A stretch of DNA of 64,000 nt from Eledone cirrhosa (lineage: Eukaryota). Under the pieces are notes generated by a model. That model saw only the letters and a program-made list of their open reading frames with translations. It had not been told where the DNA came from and searched no databases. This document shows positions 26,930-40,392 of this stretch, in pieces. Position 1 is the stretch's first letter. Every line of letters starts with the position of its first letter. The stretch covers positions 13,640,001 through 13,704,000 of the forward strand of contig OZ024754.1 of the NCBI GenBank assembly GCA_964016885.1. The letters are read 5' to 3'. The translations under genes and the position numbers were made by a program.

Positions 26930-27315
26930 TCCCACATTGAATGGTTTCGATTTAGCACCATTTATCCGAACACAAATACTCGATGATTCATATAGAGACA
27001 TCAGGGCAGCAAGAAGCTAACCATTAATCCTGTACTCCTGCACAACCTTCCACAAAACGTCACAAGTCTACAAAACAAGAATATACCTCTTGGCAATACT
27101 CCCATAATTTCTTGAAGACATGCTATGGTGTGAATATTTGGTCGGCTGTGTTGTGTCCAGAACGAAAACCACAGCTCGGTGTTTAGCTTGGACTTGACAA
27201 TCTCCCTGCATCTCTGTGGCAGACACTTAGCATAGACTTTACTGAGGAGGCTTAACAAGGAGATCTCTCTGTAATTGCCTCCCTTTTTGAAAATTGTGAT
27301 TATCACTCATCCTGG
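26930..27315 (-). mobile_element. LINE reverse-transcriptase fragment
   Basis: IITIFKKG..NYREISLLSLLSKVY is the KKG..NYRxISLL motif at the start of the RT domain; frameshifted. Confidence 0.75.
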
Positions 27316-27369
27316 CCATTGCTTAGGTTCTGGGAGTCGTCAGGGAAATATCATGCCTCCTCACTCCTT

Positions 27370-27835
27370 TCCTTAGTTTTTAAGGGTCAATATTGCTAAT
27401 TATAAGGTGTTGGAAAGGGTTGTGAAGCCTTGGATGGAGAACGTGAGCAAAGGAAGAGAGTTCTAACTCATAAGGCCAAAACGACCCCAGAATTGATGAG
27501 TTAAATCTCCATCATCATGTCACCCATAACATATGGCCTCCTAGATCTCCGTATCGTGCATAGTCAAGTGAGATGTCATCCAATGCCCCCATAACATTAT
27601 AAAATCTCTGAGGTCTGCCATAACTAGCTAAATGTCCAAAATAGATAAAAACATCATCCGATTCGGACATTTCAGACCTCGCATTGAAGCAGTCATTGTT
27701 GTTAGCAGCAGATTCATTGAGTAGATGTCAAGAAGAGTCCCAATATTATTCATGTCATTTTTATCACAAATAAAACTCTTCTTTCATGAGTTATGCGTCT
27801 TTTATTAAAATCATGCAAGGGACTAAGCAGCCCTG
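27370..27835 (+). mobile_element. Highly decayed Tc1/mariner-type remnant
   Basis: VLERVVKPW, HKAKTT and WPPRSP (WPP.SPDL-like) traces only. Confidence 0.4.
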
Positions 27836-29274
27836 TAAGATACATGTGTATATGACGACAAAATCCAATGTGCCCTTTCTGTTGTAATATGCTAGGACAT
27901 GGTTGGAGAGGATTTGGCTGTTATTTCTAGCAGTTCAAACGACTGTGATAATCGTGTCATCCTGTTTTACATTACTTTTTTTTTGGGGGGGGGGGGTACA
28001 TTTTTTTTTTACAATTACACCCATCTTGAGTGTGTTTTGAATGAATCTGATCTTCAAAACTGTCGGAAATAATTCGTTCTTTAGTTAACTGGATGAATGG
28101 GCGTACCCTCATAATTCTAGGGAGTTTGAGGTGAATATTACACCCGTCTCGCATCAAAACCATAGGAAAAACTTAAATTTCATCTCCAACGTGTGGCGCG
28201 TGTAATTGTAAAAAAATGTTTGTGTTTTTTTTTAAATTATTATTGTCTTATTTTGTATAAATTTGTTTAAAAATCTCTTCCTGCTTAGAAAACGTAAATT
28301 CAAAACTACAATTAAGGATTTCCAAGGGAGGTAACTACTACATTCATTCTGTTTTCACCGTAAACAAGCTAGAAATATAACATGCCATAAACTAAATTAG
28401 TAACATTTTACGACAATGAAAGTTACACATGACTTCTACTTTAGAGAGAAAGCTAGGAATTTGTGGAAGAGAAAAACCGATTAAATCGGCCCCGGGATTT
28501 GAACCCAGAAAGTAAAGAGCCGGAAAAATACTGTTACGTATTTGTCTTGTGGGACGCTCTAACGACTGCCGATTAGATATTACGAACGGTGTCAATAGCA
28601 TCATTAATAACACCAACAAGGGCAGAATCTCAACATGGGTTGCGCTCCTTGCTAGAAATAGCAGCCAATTCTCTCTTGAAATACATACTATCTTTTATTT
28701 TTATTTTAAGAAAAAAAAGAATCACATATTAGATAATATAATCTTAGCTATACTATATCTAAAAACAAAAAAAGGACTGGGTGCTTACTGCTGGTAGAGT
28801 TTAGATCAAAGCTGGCACGGGACTGAACATAAACAAGGACAATATTCACAACCGAATTAACAATAACATTAATATGACCACCGCTAAGAATAGCAGTCGA
28901 AGTAGAGAGCGGGCTGATAGTGTAATTATGTATAGAGAAAGAAATGAAAATTCCTTAAAATTATATTTTAATTAAGATATATATATTTATATATATATAT
29001 ATATAAGACACCGTGGAATTGGTAGAAGATAATATGAAATTGAGGTATACTATTGTGGAGAAGATATATATAATGTGAAAAAAATACGTAACTGGGGAAG
29101 AGTAAAGGGCAGATAATTAGATTGAAAAGAGAGTAAAAGTGAGTGATAATGTCTGTGTGTGTGTGTGTGTGTGTGTTTGAGTCAGAGTGTGTGTTTGAGT
29201 CAGCGTGTGTGTTTGAGTCAGTTTGTGTGTGTGTGTGTTGAAAGAAAGAAAGTAAGAAAGAAAAGTGCTTTTAC

Positions 29275-30850
29275 CTCGGATGGAATCGAAGACTTTGATG
29301 TCAGGCTCTGCAGAAGTGAAATCATCGTCTAACCGCGATATAGAATCCGCTGGCAGTCTGCTGGAATGCTGGTAGTTGCTGACTTGACTGTGGAGATGTG
29401 GCGGTTGATGATGATGTGATTGATGGAGCTGTTGGTGTTGATGATGTGAATGCAGCAAGTTGCCATCTGCTTGGCTGTGGAGATCGGATGTCGGCGAATT
29501 GCCGTGGTGTTGAAAGTGTATACGGTCGGCACTACCTGACACTGACACAACAGCCAGGGATTCCACCGAATACAGTGGGTCCACGTCTGCACTTGACTGA
29601 CCAGCAATACCTTGACTACTCGGGTTACTGTTTTGTTCTACATGGAAGCTTTCAACACGGTGGTGTTGTCTACTGCTCCTTCGCACATCATCAACATCGT
29701 TGTATATATCATCGTCAACTGTTCCACTGTCGTCGATGTCGTCGTCGTCGTCGTCGACGTCGTCATTGTCATCGCCTTCTATGTCGTCGTCTTCTTCCTC
29801 TTCTTCGTCTTCGTTTTCGTCGTCGTCGAACTCATCGTTTTCATCGACGCCAACATCGACCAGTGCGCTATCGCCAACGACGGGCGAAGGTTTGCTTGTG
29901 GGGTTGAGACGACGCCGTCTCCTTCGTCTTGCTCCGATTGTGTTGCTGTCATCGTCATTGTCAGCAGCTAATACAGCAACAGTATCATTTTCTTCGTCGT
30001 CATCATCGTCGTCCTCATCTTCGTCATCTATATCATCCCTCTCGACACCGATAGTGGCAGAAGCGACCGCTAGTAACCTCGCTTGTCTGCGACTGTTGCT
30101 GTTACTGTTGCTATTGCTGTCGTTAGTAGTGTAGTTCCTGCTACTCACATTATTTAGTGCTACCTTCTTCGTTTTGCGCTTTTTGCTGCCGATAGTCTTG
30201 GGGTTAGCTCTGTTAGTAAGGCTACCACTGCCAATTAATGAGGGCGACAAACCAACTACACTGTTGGAACCAGTAGCCGACAACGCTTGCAGGCGGCTAC
30301 CATAGCTGGCTCCCGAACCTGACTTGAGACTGTTACTATTGTTAATGTTGTTGTTATTGTTATTGTTTAGAATACTGCTGAGTATAATGTTGGGTGTATT
30401 ATTATTATTTGCATTGTTATTGTTGAGGGTGTTATTGTTGTTGATGATGTTTCCAGTTGTGTTATTGTTTATGTTGTTTAAGCTATTCGGGGAGCTCCGA
30501 TTCGAGTTGTCGCTAGGTTGTTTCGAAGAATTATTAATCGGGACCAAACTCAGTCGCACTGAATTAGGGTCCGAATCGGAAGCATTTGTTTGTGGGTTAA
30601 TTCGCATCAGATCAATCCGAGCCCTGCTTTTTAAATTTTTCCAGCACTGCCTTAATTGTTTAACCGATCGGGTCCATACTTCGTTCTGTGCATTATACTT
30701 ATCGGTCAATTCCATCCAAGCAGCATTTTTCTCTTTCACCATAATGCCATCTGTTCGTTTGTCTTCGACGACGTGTCGATAGGTCTGCATCAAGGACAGA
30801 AGAATTTCTTTCTCATGGTGGGTAAAGTTGGCGGAACGTCTCGAGGACAT
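29275..30850 (-). CDS. Myb/SANT-like DNA-binding domain protein (MSANTD3/apontic-like), large first coding exon
   Basis: ORF 29117..31108 encodes MSSRRSANFTHHEKEILLSLMQTYRHVVEDKRTDGIMVKEKNAAWMELTDKYNAQ..RSVKQLRQCWKNLKSRAR, matching the R..NF..E..L, W..L...YN and R..QL..W.NLK pattern of Myb/SANT-like domains. First ATG is at 30850. Poly-N, acidic D/E, basic R-run and His-rich tracts follow. Donor GAG|GTAAAA lies after 29275 (phase 1); the ORF tail beyond it is (CA)n intron sequence. Confidence 0.85.
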
Positions 30851-31869
30851 TCGCACCCGCTTTTCAGATTTTGATGCTTTGGTTTTCGCCGTTGTGGAGG
30901 CCGTCTTGGACGATTTTGCGCTCTGAGTAGCGGTCGTATCCAGCGCTATAGTCAACGGGTCGGTTAGAGCTTTTTTTGACTCAGATATGTCAGTATCTGA
31001 GTCGTCCTCTGCGGTCTCCAGACTGCTCCGTCGACGGGATGATGACTCCGACGACCGCGGAGCGGATTTAACACTTGTTGGAGCTATTTTGATAGGTTTT
31101 AAGGCCAAGGCCCTTGTTTTAAAATGTCAAAGGAAATTAGCTGTCCAATGGCGAGGAAAGTTGAGGCACTGATGCCGATAATAATATTGACACTGAAGAT
31201 GGATTGACTATGGTGATTGTGACAGTGGTTGCAAGTAGCAAAGAATGTAATAGTTTAGTAGTGGTGATGGTGGTAATAGTAGTAGTAGTAGTAGTAGTAG
31301 ACTGGAACTTTTTGACCCCGGATCTGCCCGTATTTGACACTTGGAAAGAGATCTCACTCGACAGCTGGCGTTCATTAAAATTTTTTAACAGCAGACTATC
31401 TACCAAAATATAAAGACGATTAAAAACAGGTGAGAATTAACACATAAAAGTGACAATGTAAGTACGGTTTAACTATCATATAAGTGTTTGGGAAGGAGAG
31501 AAGAAAATTAGATGATTTGAACTTGTTGTGGTAGCTTAAACCGAGCAAATAAAATTAGTCAAACAATACGACTATAATTATCGATCAGTTGTAAATATCA
31601 AACTAATGCTGTAAAGGACTGTTGTTGATGACAAGGATTGATATTAAGATTGTTGATGCTGTTGTTCATAATATCGATGATAATTATAACCATGATGATG
31701 ATTATGAAGTGCACAGATGTTTGTAGTAGACATTACTTCGGTGGAAGTGTGGGTGAAGGTGGATAAAGTCTGTAGCGGATGAAAATAATGGTTGAGAGAC
31801 GAGGATTTAGCGAACAAAGAATCTGAGCTAGCCTTACATCACCTACTCAAACTTCTCCCCCTTCTCACA

Positions 31870-31900
<31 letters not shown>

Positions 31901-32568
31901 AGACATAATGTCTTGTCTGTTTATTTCTCTATTTCTCACAAAAACCTAAATCGTTTTATCTCTCTCATTCTCTTACAGACACGTAATCTATTTATCTCTC
32001 TCTCTCTCCCCCTCCACCTTGTTTTCTTGTTCTTACAAACAGTGCCTGTCTCAGATACACTACTCTCTATTTCTGTCTGCCCCACATGTATTAACCTAGT
32101 CTTTCTCTATCTCCATCTCTTCTTCTCTCTCTATTTCGTGTTAAACCAGTTTTATCTCCCTCTTGCTCGCAATATAACTCCCTCTCATATTTAAACTTCT
32201 ATATCTCTTCCTCTTTAAACCAGATGTGTGAATATGGCTACTGAAACTTTAGAAGTGTGTGTCAAAGAAAAGAATGAGCCGAAACTAGATCGGACCTCTA
32301 GTTTTGAATCGGAATATTTCTCTTCATATCAAAAACATACATGCATATTTATATCTCTATATATATATTATACAAGGATTATAATAATAATAAGATATAA
32401 TATATAATATAGGAAATTATAATTTGTTGTTCTTTTTCATAGTTTTAACATATTTCAAGGTGAGAAATGCTAGGATTTTTTTTTTTTTTTTGTTTAAACA
32501 TTCGCTTAAATTGAGTTTATCGCAGTCATCGTTGTAATAACAATTCCTCCATGACCCGTTTGTTTATC

Positions 32569-32629
<61 letters not shown>

Positions 32630-32782
32630 ATTATTATTTATTTATATGGATTTTTCGACTTTTCACCCGTCCAAAATTAAATCTGAAAAAAAAAAAAAAA
32701 ATGCTGATACCTTGATCGTTTTTTTTTTTTGGTTTGATACTTCCAACAACGTCGTTAACAGCTGCTTCGACTGAGTGAACCA

Positions 32783-32836
<54 letters not shown>

Positions 32837-35569
32837 CTTGGATTTACGTTTTCATAGGCGATTAATCAATTTCTTTTTTAAAAATATAATCCTCATATTG
32901 AAATGAAACACAACATCCATGTGGTTTAGCTTCGTTCGGGTTTCCATTCTTCGTTATTATTCTTATTTTTTTTTAAATAATCCTTGCTGTGTATGTTTCC
33001 ACGTTTGTTAATTCATCCAGATCGTTTAAGGATTTTTGTGTGTTGTTCGGTCTACGATTAATTGTACTGATATATATATATATATGTGTGTATATATATA
33101 TATATTGGTGGTGCTAGTTGCTAGTTCAGATGAAATAACTTTTTTTTTAGTACAAAAATCAACGCATTTTGCATATACCAATGTTACTCCTTTAGTATTT
33201 AACCAGTCGGTTCACATATTCGTTTGGTTGGTTTTGCTTTGTTGGTTCATGGAAATATATTAATCAGTGTACGTGATATATATAAATATATATATATATA
33301 TGTGTGTGTATGTATATATATATATATAAATATATGTATGTATATATAAATATATGTATGTATATATCCTTGGCTTTGTTACTGTTCACATATGTACAAG
33401 TCTAAGTGCGATCAGAGGACGTCAATTAAATTCAAAGTGAGTCTTCGGTTAAAACAATGACTAGACAGCAGAAAAGGGGGGTAAAATTAAAACGCCAAAG
33501 TAAAGCAAAACCAATACAGAAAAATTAAAAACGAATATAAACTGTATAAAGCAAGCAATGGCAGCAGGTGAGTGAGTTAGTTTGCTGTTACAGTAGTTCT
33601 ATATTTAGGCTCAGAACAAATCCTCGATCAACTAGACGGCTCTGATCAGCAGCAAGATGGCTGGTTATCTCTGCCTATCACAAATTGTATATAGAGGCAG
33701 TGAGTTAGTATAAGAGAGACTGACAAAACTGTGAACCGCCGCTGTATACCACTTTCAGACTCCCACTTTCATGCCGTTTTACTAAATAACTCGTTCTTAT
33801 CCATCCTCACTCTCTCTTCCTCTCTCTCTCTCACACACATACTTGATTTACCGCTCACTTAATAAAATATATATTCTTTCAGTTAATCTCTATTCCTCTC
33901 AGTGTGTGTGTGTGTGTGTGTATATGTAAATATATACAAGCACGTATGTAGATATACGCATTTATTAGTATCCTAGATTTTCGCCTAGCCCTGGTTTTCT
34001 GCGTATTTTATCAGCCTAACATGGTGAAAATATTTTCTTAATTCAATGGATTTTTTTTCCTTTTTAAACGCACACACACACAATATCTTTCTATTTGCGT
34101 TTTACAATTTCTCTCTCTCCCTTTCTTCCGCTCATTTTCTCTCGGTTTAAAACGTTCTCAGTTTTAAACTTGTAAAATATGTTATGATGCAGTTCACTAT
34201 ACAATGAGCCCTGGTCACAACACACGCATGTAGTCTAGTTATAAAAAGATTTTCTCTTCTTTTTTTTTTATGAAAACAATAAAAAGTGAGGATGAAGCGA
34301 GGTTTCACGTTGATACAGCCATCCTTGACCGTTAGTTTTAATGTTGTTCAGTACGCCCCTCCTTGGAAATACATGAATGTCACAGCTTCATTTCTTAGAA
34401 ACATATCCTTCTCGGCACCTGTAATTCCTCGTTTGATAGGTTGGGTTTTTTTTTAGAACCATTGAACTCACGTCATCTGTGCATGTCTAAAATAGTAAGT
34501 TCAACATTCTATTTCCTAGGTCCTCTAGTGAATCTCAGGTTTCATTTCTGAGTAACAAATATTATTCGGGCGTGAGGTAAGCTTTTGATGAGCTGAGTTC
34601 ACAAACTAGTTTCGATTCAGTTGAAGCAAGTTCAATTCTGTAATTGCTTAACAATGCCTTTGTGAGTGGAAAATCTCTTTCTCTCTATATATAGATATAT
34701 ATATCTCACTCTCTCTATATATATATATATATCTCACTCTCTCTCAAACCTCCGCTTGTTTAGTTAATTGCTTAACCTTATATCTACTCTAAATAAATCA
34801 TCAGTTGCTATATTTCGTCATGCCGAGTATATGACGAACTTTCGCTTGCAGACTGACAACAACACACTTCATTGCCGTTGCCAGTCAGCGGAAACTCGCG
34901 ATTGGCCAAGTGAAAAGCGGGGTCATTTCCACAGGAAGAACTCCCATCAAGCAAGTGTTTTGGTCATTGATTCTGTTGTACGTTCATTGTTTTTGTTTAC
35001 ATTACAGTGTGTATTTAATAGTTAAGCTGTAATGGATGAAACGTGTGTGATGGGAGAGTATGACATTAAACTGCATCTGGTTATGAGGTCCTGGAAAGTG
35101 TAGAGTCACGGAGTCACGGAGTCACCTCTTTGTTACCAATACTATCAATTCTATCCTGACCCAGAGTGATATCACCTGTTAGGGTCTCTCGTCTATACAT
35201 GAAATTGATATGTAGTCGTATCGAATCACCAGCGGGTGGATAAGGGAACAGAACGGTATGAGTGTTTGTTGAGAATATACTAGAAAATAGTCTCGGGTCA
35301 CACACAGGTTGCCCTTTAGCGAAATAAAGAGCCGTGTTTGGCACCCTCAACAAGGTTACGCTCATCTAGAGAATCAAACGTCTACGACAAAGAATCCCAT
35401 TCCTATATTGGGGATGGTCAGAGAGGGTGTGACGGCCCTGGGTATCCATATCAGGGCAGTTAGTGGTGACATCCAACCAAAAGGTCAATCAGGGCTCTCT
35501 GTTGTTCAATATGTCTATTGAGCGAAGCGTCCACTTAAATTTCTCAAGCGCAGAGTTTTCCTCCCTGAT

Positions 35570-35860
35570 CAAAAAGCTGAAAATGTTTCTTCCTCTTCAC
35601 TTATTCCAGTGGGTCCTGTCAGAAGCAACCGTCTCCAACTGATCCAGCTGGATCCCCAGGCGAGACCAACTGAACTCTTGGGTGTTATCTAACCACCTTG
35701 CTAGAGATCTACAACCAGGTCTCCTGTTAACTGGTTTTGCCCAGAAAATCTGTCCAGTGATTTTTTTTCTTGGGACATTCTAACCACATGTCCGTAATAT
35801 CACAGCTGTGACCTCTCAATTCGGAGAGGTAGTAACGCCCTGGTCTCCGAGCTTATTAAC
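35570..35860 (-). mobile_element. RTE-like LINE 3' fragment (parent of the 65-bp satellite)
   Basis: Minus strand reads LRIERSQL*YYGHVVRMSQE..RPGCRS..WLD. Confidence 0.65.
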
Positions 35861-36796
35861 TTGAAATCCGATGTTCAGACAAACTTAAGCAATGACGTAT
35901 ATGCTTGTTCATCTGCCATGTAAATTAACACGTCATTTCAGGTAATCGACGCGTGACATATTTTTACAAATGTAACGTGTCTTCCTTGCTCATATTTCTC
36001 AGCACTGGTTCCTATATTTGAGTTTTAAGGTCATACAGTTGGCCCCCGGGGCATCACCAAACCCATGTGGAAGCACGTGGCCTTGTGGTAAGGGTGTTAG
36101 ACATTTTACGTTGCTCCAGTACTCTCAGCTGAAAATGAGTGCCAACAATACCTGGCGATTTAACCCTGCAATGGACAGACGTCTTGCCCAGGGGAAGTCT
36201 TGAACTCTCAGTCGCTAACCGGGATAATCACCAAATCTCCGCACACTACTGCAGGGCCTTCACAAATACTAATTGCAAGCTTCAAAAAACTGATGTCTTG
36301 GATTACAGTGATTTCTGCTTCGTAAGAGAGAATACACAGGAAAGAAACATCACTCCATTATAGTCAGCCTATGGATTTTTCAACTGACTCCCGTATATTC
36401 AAAGGTGATTGTCTGTGAGTTACTATTCGGAATTTCACCATCTCGATCCCGATTAAGCGACAAAGATCAGTAACAAAGGACACCGAGTATAGCGAGAAAG
36501 CCACACAGATTCGGATTTGCATTGAATTAATATTATTCCATTCTAACTGCGAGGTTAACTTTGCCTTTTATCCTTACGGGGTCGATTAAATAAAGTACCA
36601 GTAATGCACTGGGTATTTGCTGGCCTTGTGCCTAAAGTAGAAACAATTATAAATAATGTATACGAATGAAAAGAGTTTATATAAACTGTGCAAAGTAAAG
36701 AAAGAATAAAATAAACATTAGAATTAATTGCTGATACTGGAAATCAAAAGCAGTTTCTGGCTTCATGTATATTATATATATATATGTATATATATA

Positions 36797-36827
<31 letters not shown>

Positions 36828-36957
36828 TTATTCTTTTCTTTTTCTTTTATATTATATTTGTTTGTACTTTCGTTCTGTAAGCATTGTATTATTATATCTC
36901 TTTTTATACAACAGTGAATGAAATTGAAACTATTCGATTTGTTTCTGCTATAATTTA

Positions 36958-36993
<36 letters not shown>

Positions 36994-37610
36994 AAATTTA
37001 AAGGTATAGTACTAGGAAAAACAATACTTTGTTTGCACATTAATTGACATATCTTCGTATATAACTTAAGCGATTATTATTTATAATTTAATTACTCACG
37101 TAGTCACCCACACTCGGTTGAATGTATAGTGTAAATATATGCATGTACGGCATGCCATGAGTATATCTGATGAAGAGCGGTGGTGGGGGTGGGGGAGATG
37201 CATACAAGCAGAGCTGACCTGAATCAAGTTTTAGGTAGAATCAGAACAACTAGACATATCAAGAGAGAGAGAGAGATGAGAGTGTTAGAAAAGTATAGCC
37301 GAAGTTGATAGAATTAGGGTAATAGAATGAACCGGGGGCAGGTGGGAGTAGAAAGAAGAAAAAGAACCGATTAAGGGGTGTAGATATATATATATAAATA
37401 TATATGTGTGTGTATGTATAGATAGATAGATAGATACATAGATAGGTAGATAGTCAAGTTTTAAAACTTCCTCACTTAAACAGAAAACTAGTGTGTGCAC
37501 AAATTATTGTTTAAATGTATGGTACTACAAATGGAAATGTTTCGAAGACACAAACATTCATTTCGAGATAAAATTTGAACCAAACAGAATTACATATATT
37601 TTTCAATACA

Positions 37611-37614
<4 letters not shown>

Positions 37615-37651
<37 letters not shown>

Positions 37652-37674
37652 TATATATATATAAATATATAAAT

Positions 37675-37705
<31 letters not shown>

Positions 37706-37736
37706 AATATATATATAAATATATATATATATAAAT

Positions 37737-37809
<73 letters not shown>

Positions 37810-37986
37810 TATATATATATAAATATATATATATATAAATATATATATATATAAATATATATATATATAAATATATATATATATAAATATATGTATAAAT
37901 ATATATATATATAAATATATATATATATAAATATAAATATATATATATATAAATATATATATATATAAATATATATATATATAAAT

Positions 37987-38049
<63 letters not shown>

Positions 38050-38150
38050 TATATATATAAATAAATATATATATATATATAAAAATATATATATATATAT
38101 AAATAAATATATATATATATATAAAAATATATATATATATATATATAAAA
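37615..38150. repeat. (TA)n/(TAAATA) microsatellite
   Basis: Direct reading. Confidence 0.95.
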
Positions 38151-38634
38151 CATGAGAACAAAGAAGAATACTGCGTGGTTGCACATGGGTTACATATGAT
38201 AAAATTAGTCCCTCGTCAGTGATTTGCCAACCATCATTGATATTTCATCGCATTAAAAATCATATACCTCAGGTTGGTGCGAGCAATAACTAAAAAAAGC
38301 TATTGGGACAAGTGAATCGCGTAAAGCGAGTGAGACAAGTAAACAACATAGAACGATAAATATATATATATATACAGGGACCTCATTTGAGGGGGACAAA
38401 CCAACATTTGTTGATTCTTAAAGGAGCATAAATTGCTTATGGTGCCTTTTCCGGACCCTATTACATAAGTAAAATTTTACGTTAATTATATTTTATATAT
38501 TCAGATGAAGTTGAGATATTAAAAAAATAATTTTAAAAAGAATTTATTATATCAAATAAACAAAAAATAAAATATAGACGCTTGAAAAAGTGGGCGGGGA
38601 CTTCTCGCCTGGTACCCTCCTGAAACTAGGGCCT

Positions 38635-38695
<61 letters not shown>

Positions 38696-38700
<5 letters not shown>

Positions 38701-38813
38701 AACGGGTGGGACCCCGACGGCTGAGCTCAAGCCGTTTCGACGGCTAATTCTGAGTCCAGAATTAGCCGTCGAAACGGCTTGAGTTCAGCCGTCGGGGTCC
38801 CACCCGTTCCTAT
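38696..38813. repeat. GC-rich palindrome (57-bp arms, 4-nt loop) containing an HHR 3' half
   Basis: Arms differ at one position. The right arm has GAAA-CGGCT-tgagttc-AGCCG-TC-GGGGTCCC. A related copy lies at 41670-41830. Confidence 0.75.
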
Positions 38814-39427
38814 TACCCACTCTACTACCCTAAGTATTGAGTACTTTGGTGCGTTATGGTCCATCTGGTTCCTTACCACATTTCCTTCGTTATATATATA
38901 TACATTCGGTATATAAGGATGCAATTCACTTCTAGCACTCAACGTCCTAATACTTCCTAAAACAAGGGAGATGGAGAGGAAAATGCGAAGTTGAAAATGT
39001 TAGAGTTCTTTATTAATTGAGTCGTTATATATATTTCAATGACGATAGATACCGTGATTTCTTCAGACAGCAAATATTGATTACAAGGTAACATTTCCGA
39101 GGCAATTTTGGGTGGAAGGGAGCGGATTAAAAAAAAAGTGTGTTTTTGCTTAGTTGAAGGACGAGAGAGAAACGTACTCAATCCTGAAGTAGAGCTTAAA
39201 TATTCCTTTATTATGGTTAAGCAGTGAGTCTTGTTACTTTGGAGTTTCACCTGCGTACTCACAGGATCATCAGATAAGACATAAACATATGTGTATGTGT
39301 GCGTGTGTGTAGGATCTTCGCCAGTTGCAACGGCGAGTGTTTCAGTTGTTCGAACAACGGAACTGCTTGCTCGGGAAATTAACGTGTAAGTGGTGGAGCA
39401 ATCCACAGATATGTCCACCCTTGACGT

Positions 39428-39474
<47 letters not shown>

Positions 39475-40392
39475 TTCAGCGTGATAAAGTGTAGTCATTT
39501 GAATTACAATTAGAACGCATTTTTCGCCAGCAAAGTCAACCAGAGAAACGTGAAATAAAGTGTCTTGCTCAAGGACACAACACGCCACCGAAAATAAAAC
39601 TCACCACCTTACTATCGTGAGCCGAATACCGTAACCACAAAGCCACACACCTTCACACACACACAAACTCATACATACGCACACACACAGACACACACAC
39701 ACAAACTCATACATACGCACACACACAAATTGTGCCCTAAGCAGCTAAAGCCTATCATAAAGATATATCTGAATATATTTATTTCAATTTTCCCCGAAAC
39801 TCGTGAAGGAATCGTAGGGACGCCATCTTGACATACGGCCTTTCTACAGTATTTTAAAACCTCTCCAGATCTGAATACAGCTGATTACCTTCCAGAGAAG
39901 GAGAGGAAGTGAGAAAGAGATATGGAACAATAATTGACTCCAGTACTGAACTGGTACTTTTTTTTTTAATTGACATCGAAAGGATAAAAGGCCAAATTCT
40001 CCTCGGCGGATTTTGAACTCAGAGTTGCCGAGAGCCGAAACGAATACCGCAACACATTCTATCCTACGTTCTAACGACTCTGCCAATTCGCCACTGACAA
40101 GACATTTATCAGATTACCTTCCAAAGGGTTTACGTCTTCACACACAAAACATCTGCTCAACTGAGGCCAGTATAAAGGATTAAAAAAAAAACATGCTCAA
40201 GATATCTTGCGGTGGGATCGAACCCGTATTTCTCTATTTACCAAAGGAGCTTCTTATGCATTCGGCTGTACACACGACACAGACACTATTTCAGAGAGAA
40301 ATGAATTATGTATCTTCAAACACTTAATATCTTATTTAAGTGTGGTCTTTTTTCTGTTCCTCTACGGAAAACCATTCTTTATCATTTATATA

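Noticed and set aside
27998-28220. Inverted ends TTTTACAATTACAC / GTGTAATTGTAAAA
   Set aside because: Possibly a MITE, but it is a single copy here with short AT-rich ends and no clear TSD.
28485-28570. tRNA-like A/B boxes (also at all SINE heads)
   Set aside because: No full cloverleaf; these are SINE heads, not tRNA genes.
29117-29274. ORF tail GKSTFL..THTLTQ as the protein C-terminus
   Set aside because: It follows a good GT donor and is (CA)n-like intron sequence; a phase-matched downstream exon exists.
29329-30874. Overlapping antisense and alternate-frame ORFs within the main exon
   Set aside because: Shadows of a GC-rich, trinucleotide-repeat-rich coding exon with no recognisable domains.
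31110-31130. Slippery-like TTTAAAA that would shift -1 into the Myb/SANT frame
   Set aside because: The upstream zero frame has a stop near 31255 and no ATG after it, so there is no ORF to shift from.
33555-33665. Plus-strand ATGGCAGCAG|GTGAGT and a CAAGATGGC (YY1-like) motif as a divergent first exon or promoter
   Set aside because: No downstream plus-strand exons could be identified, and short motifs alone are insufficient.
37165-37185. CTGATGA at 37167 (and at 47819)
   Set aside because: No downstream stem II-GAAA-stem III-UH arrangement; expected by chance or part of a SINE tail.
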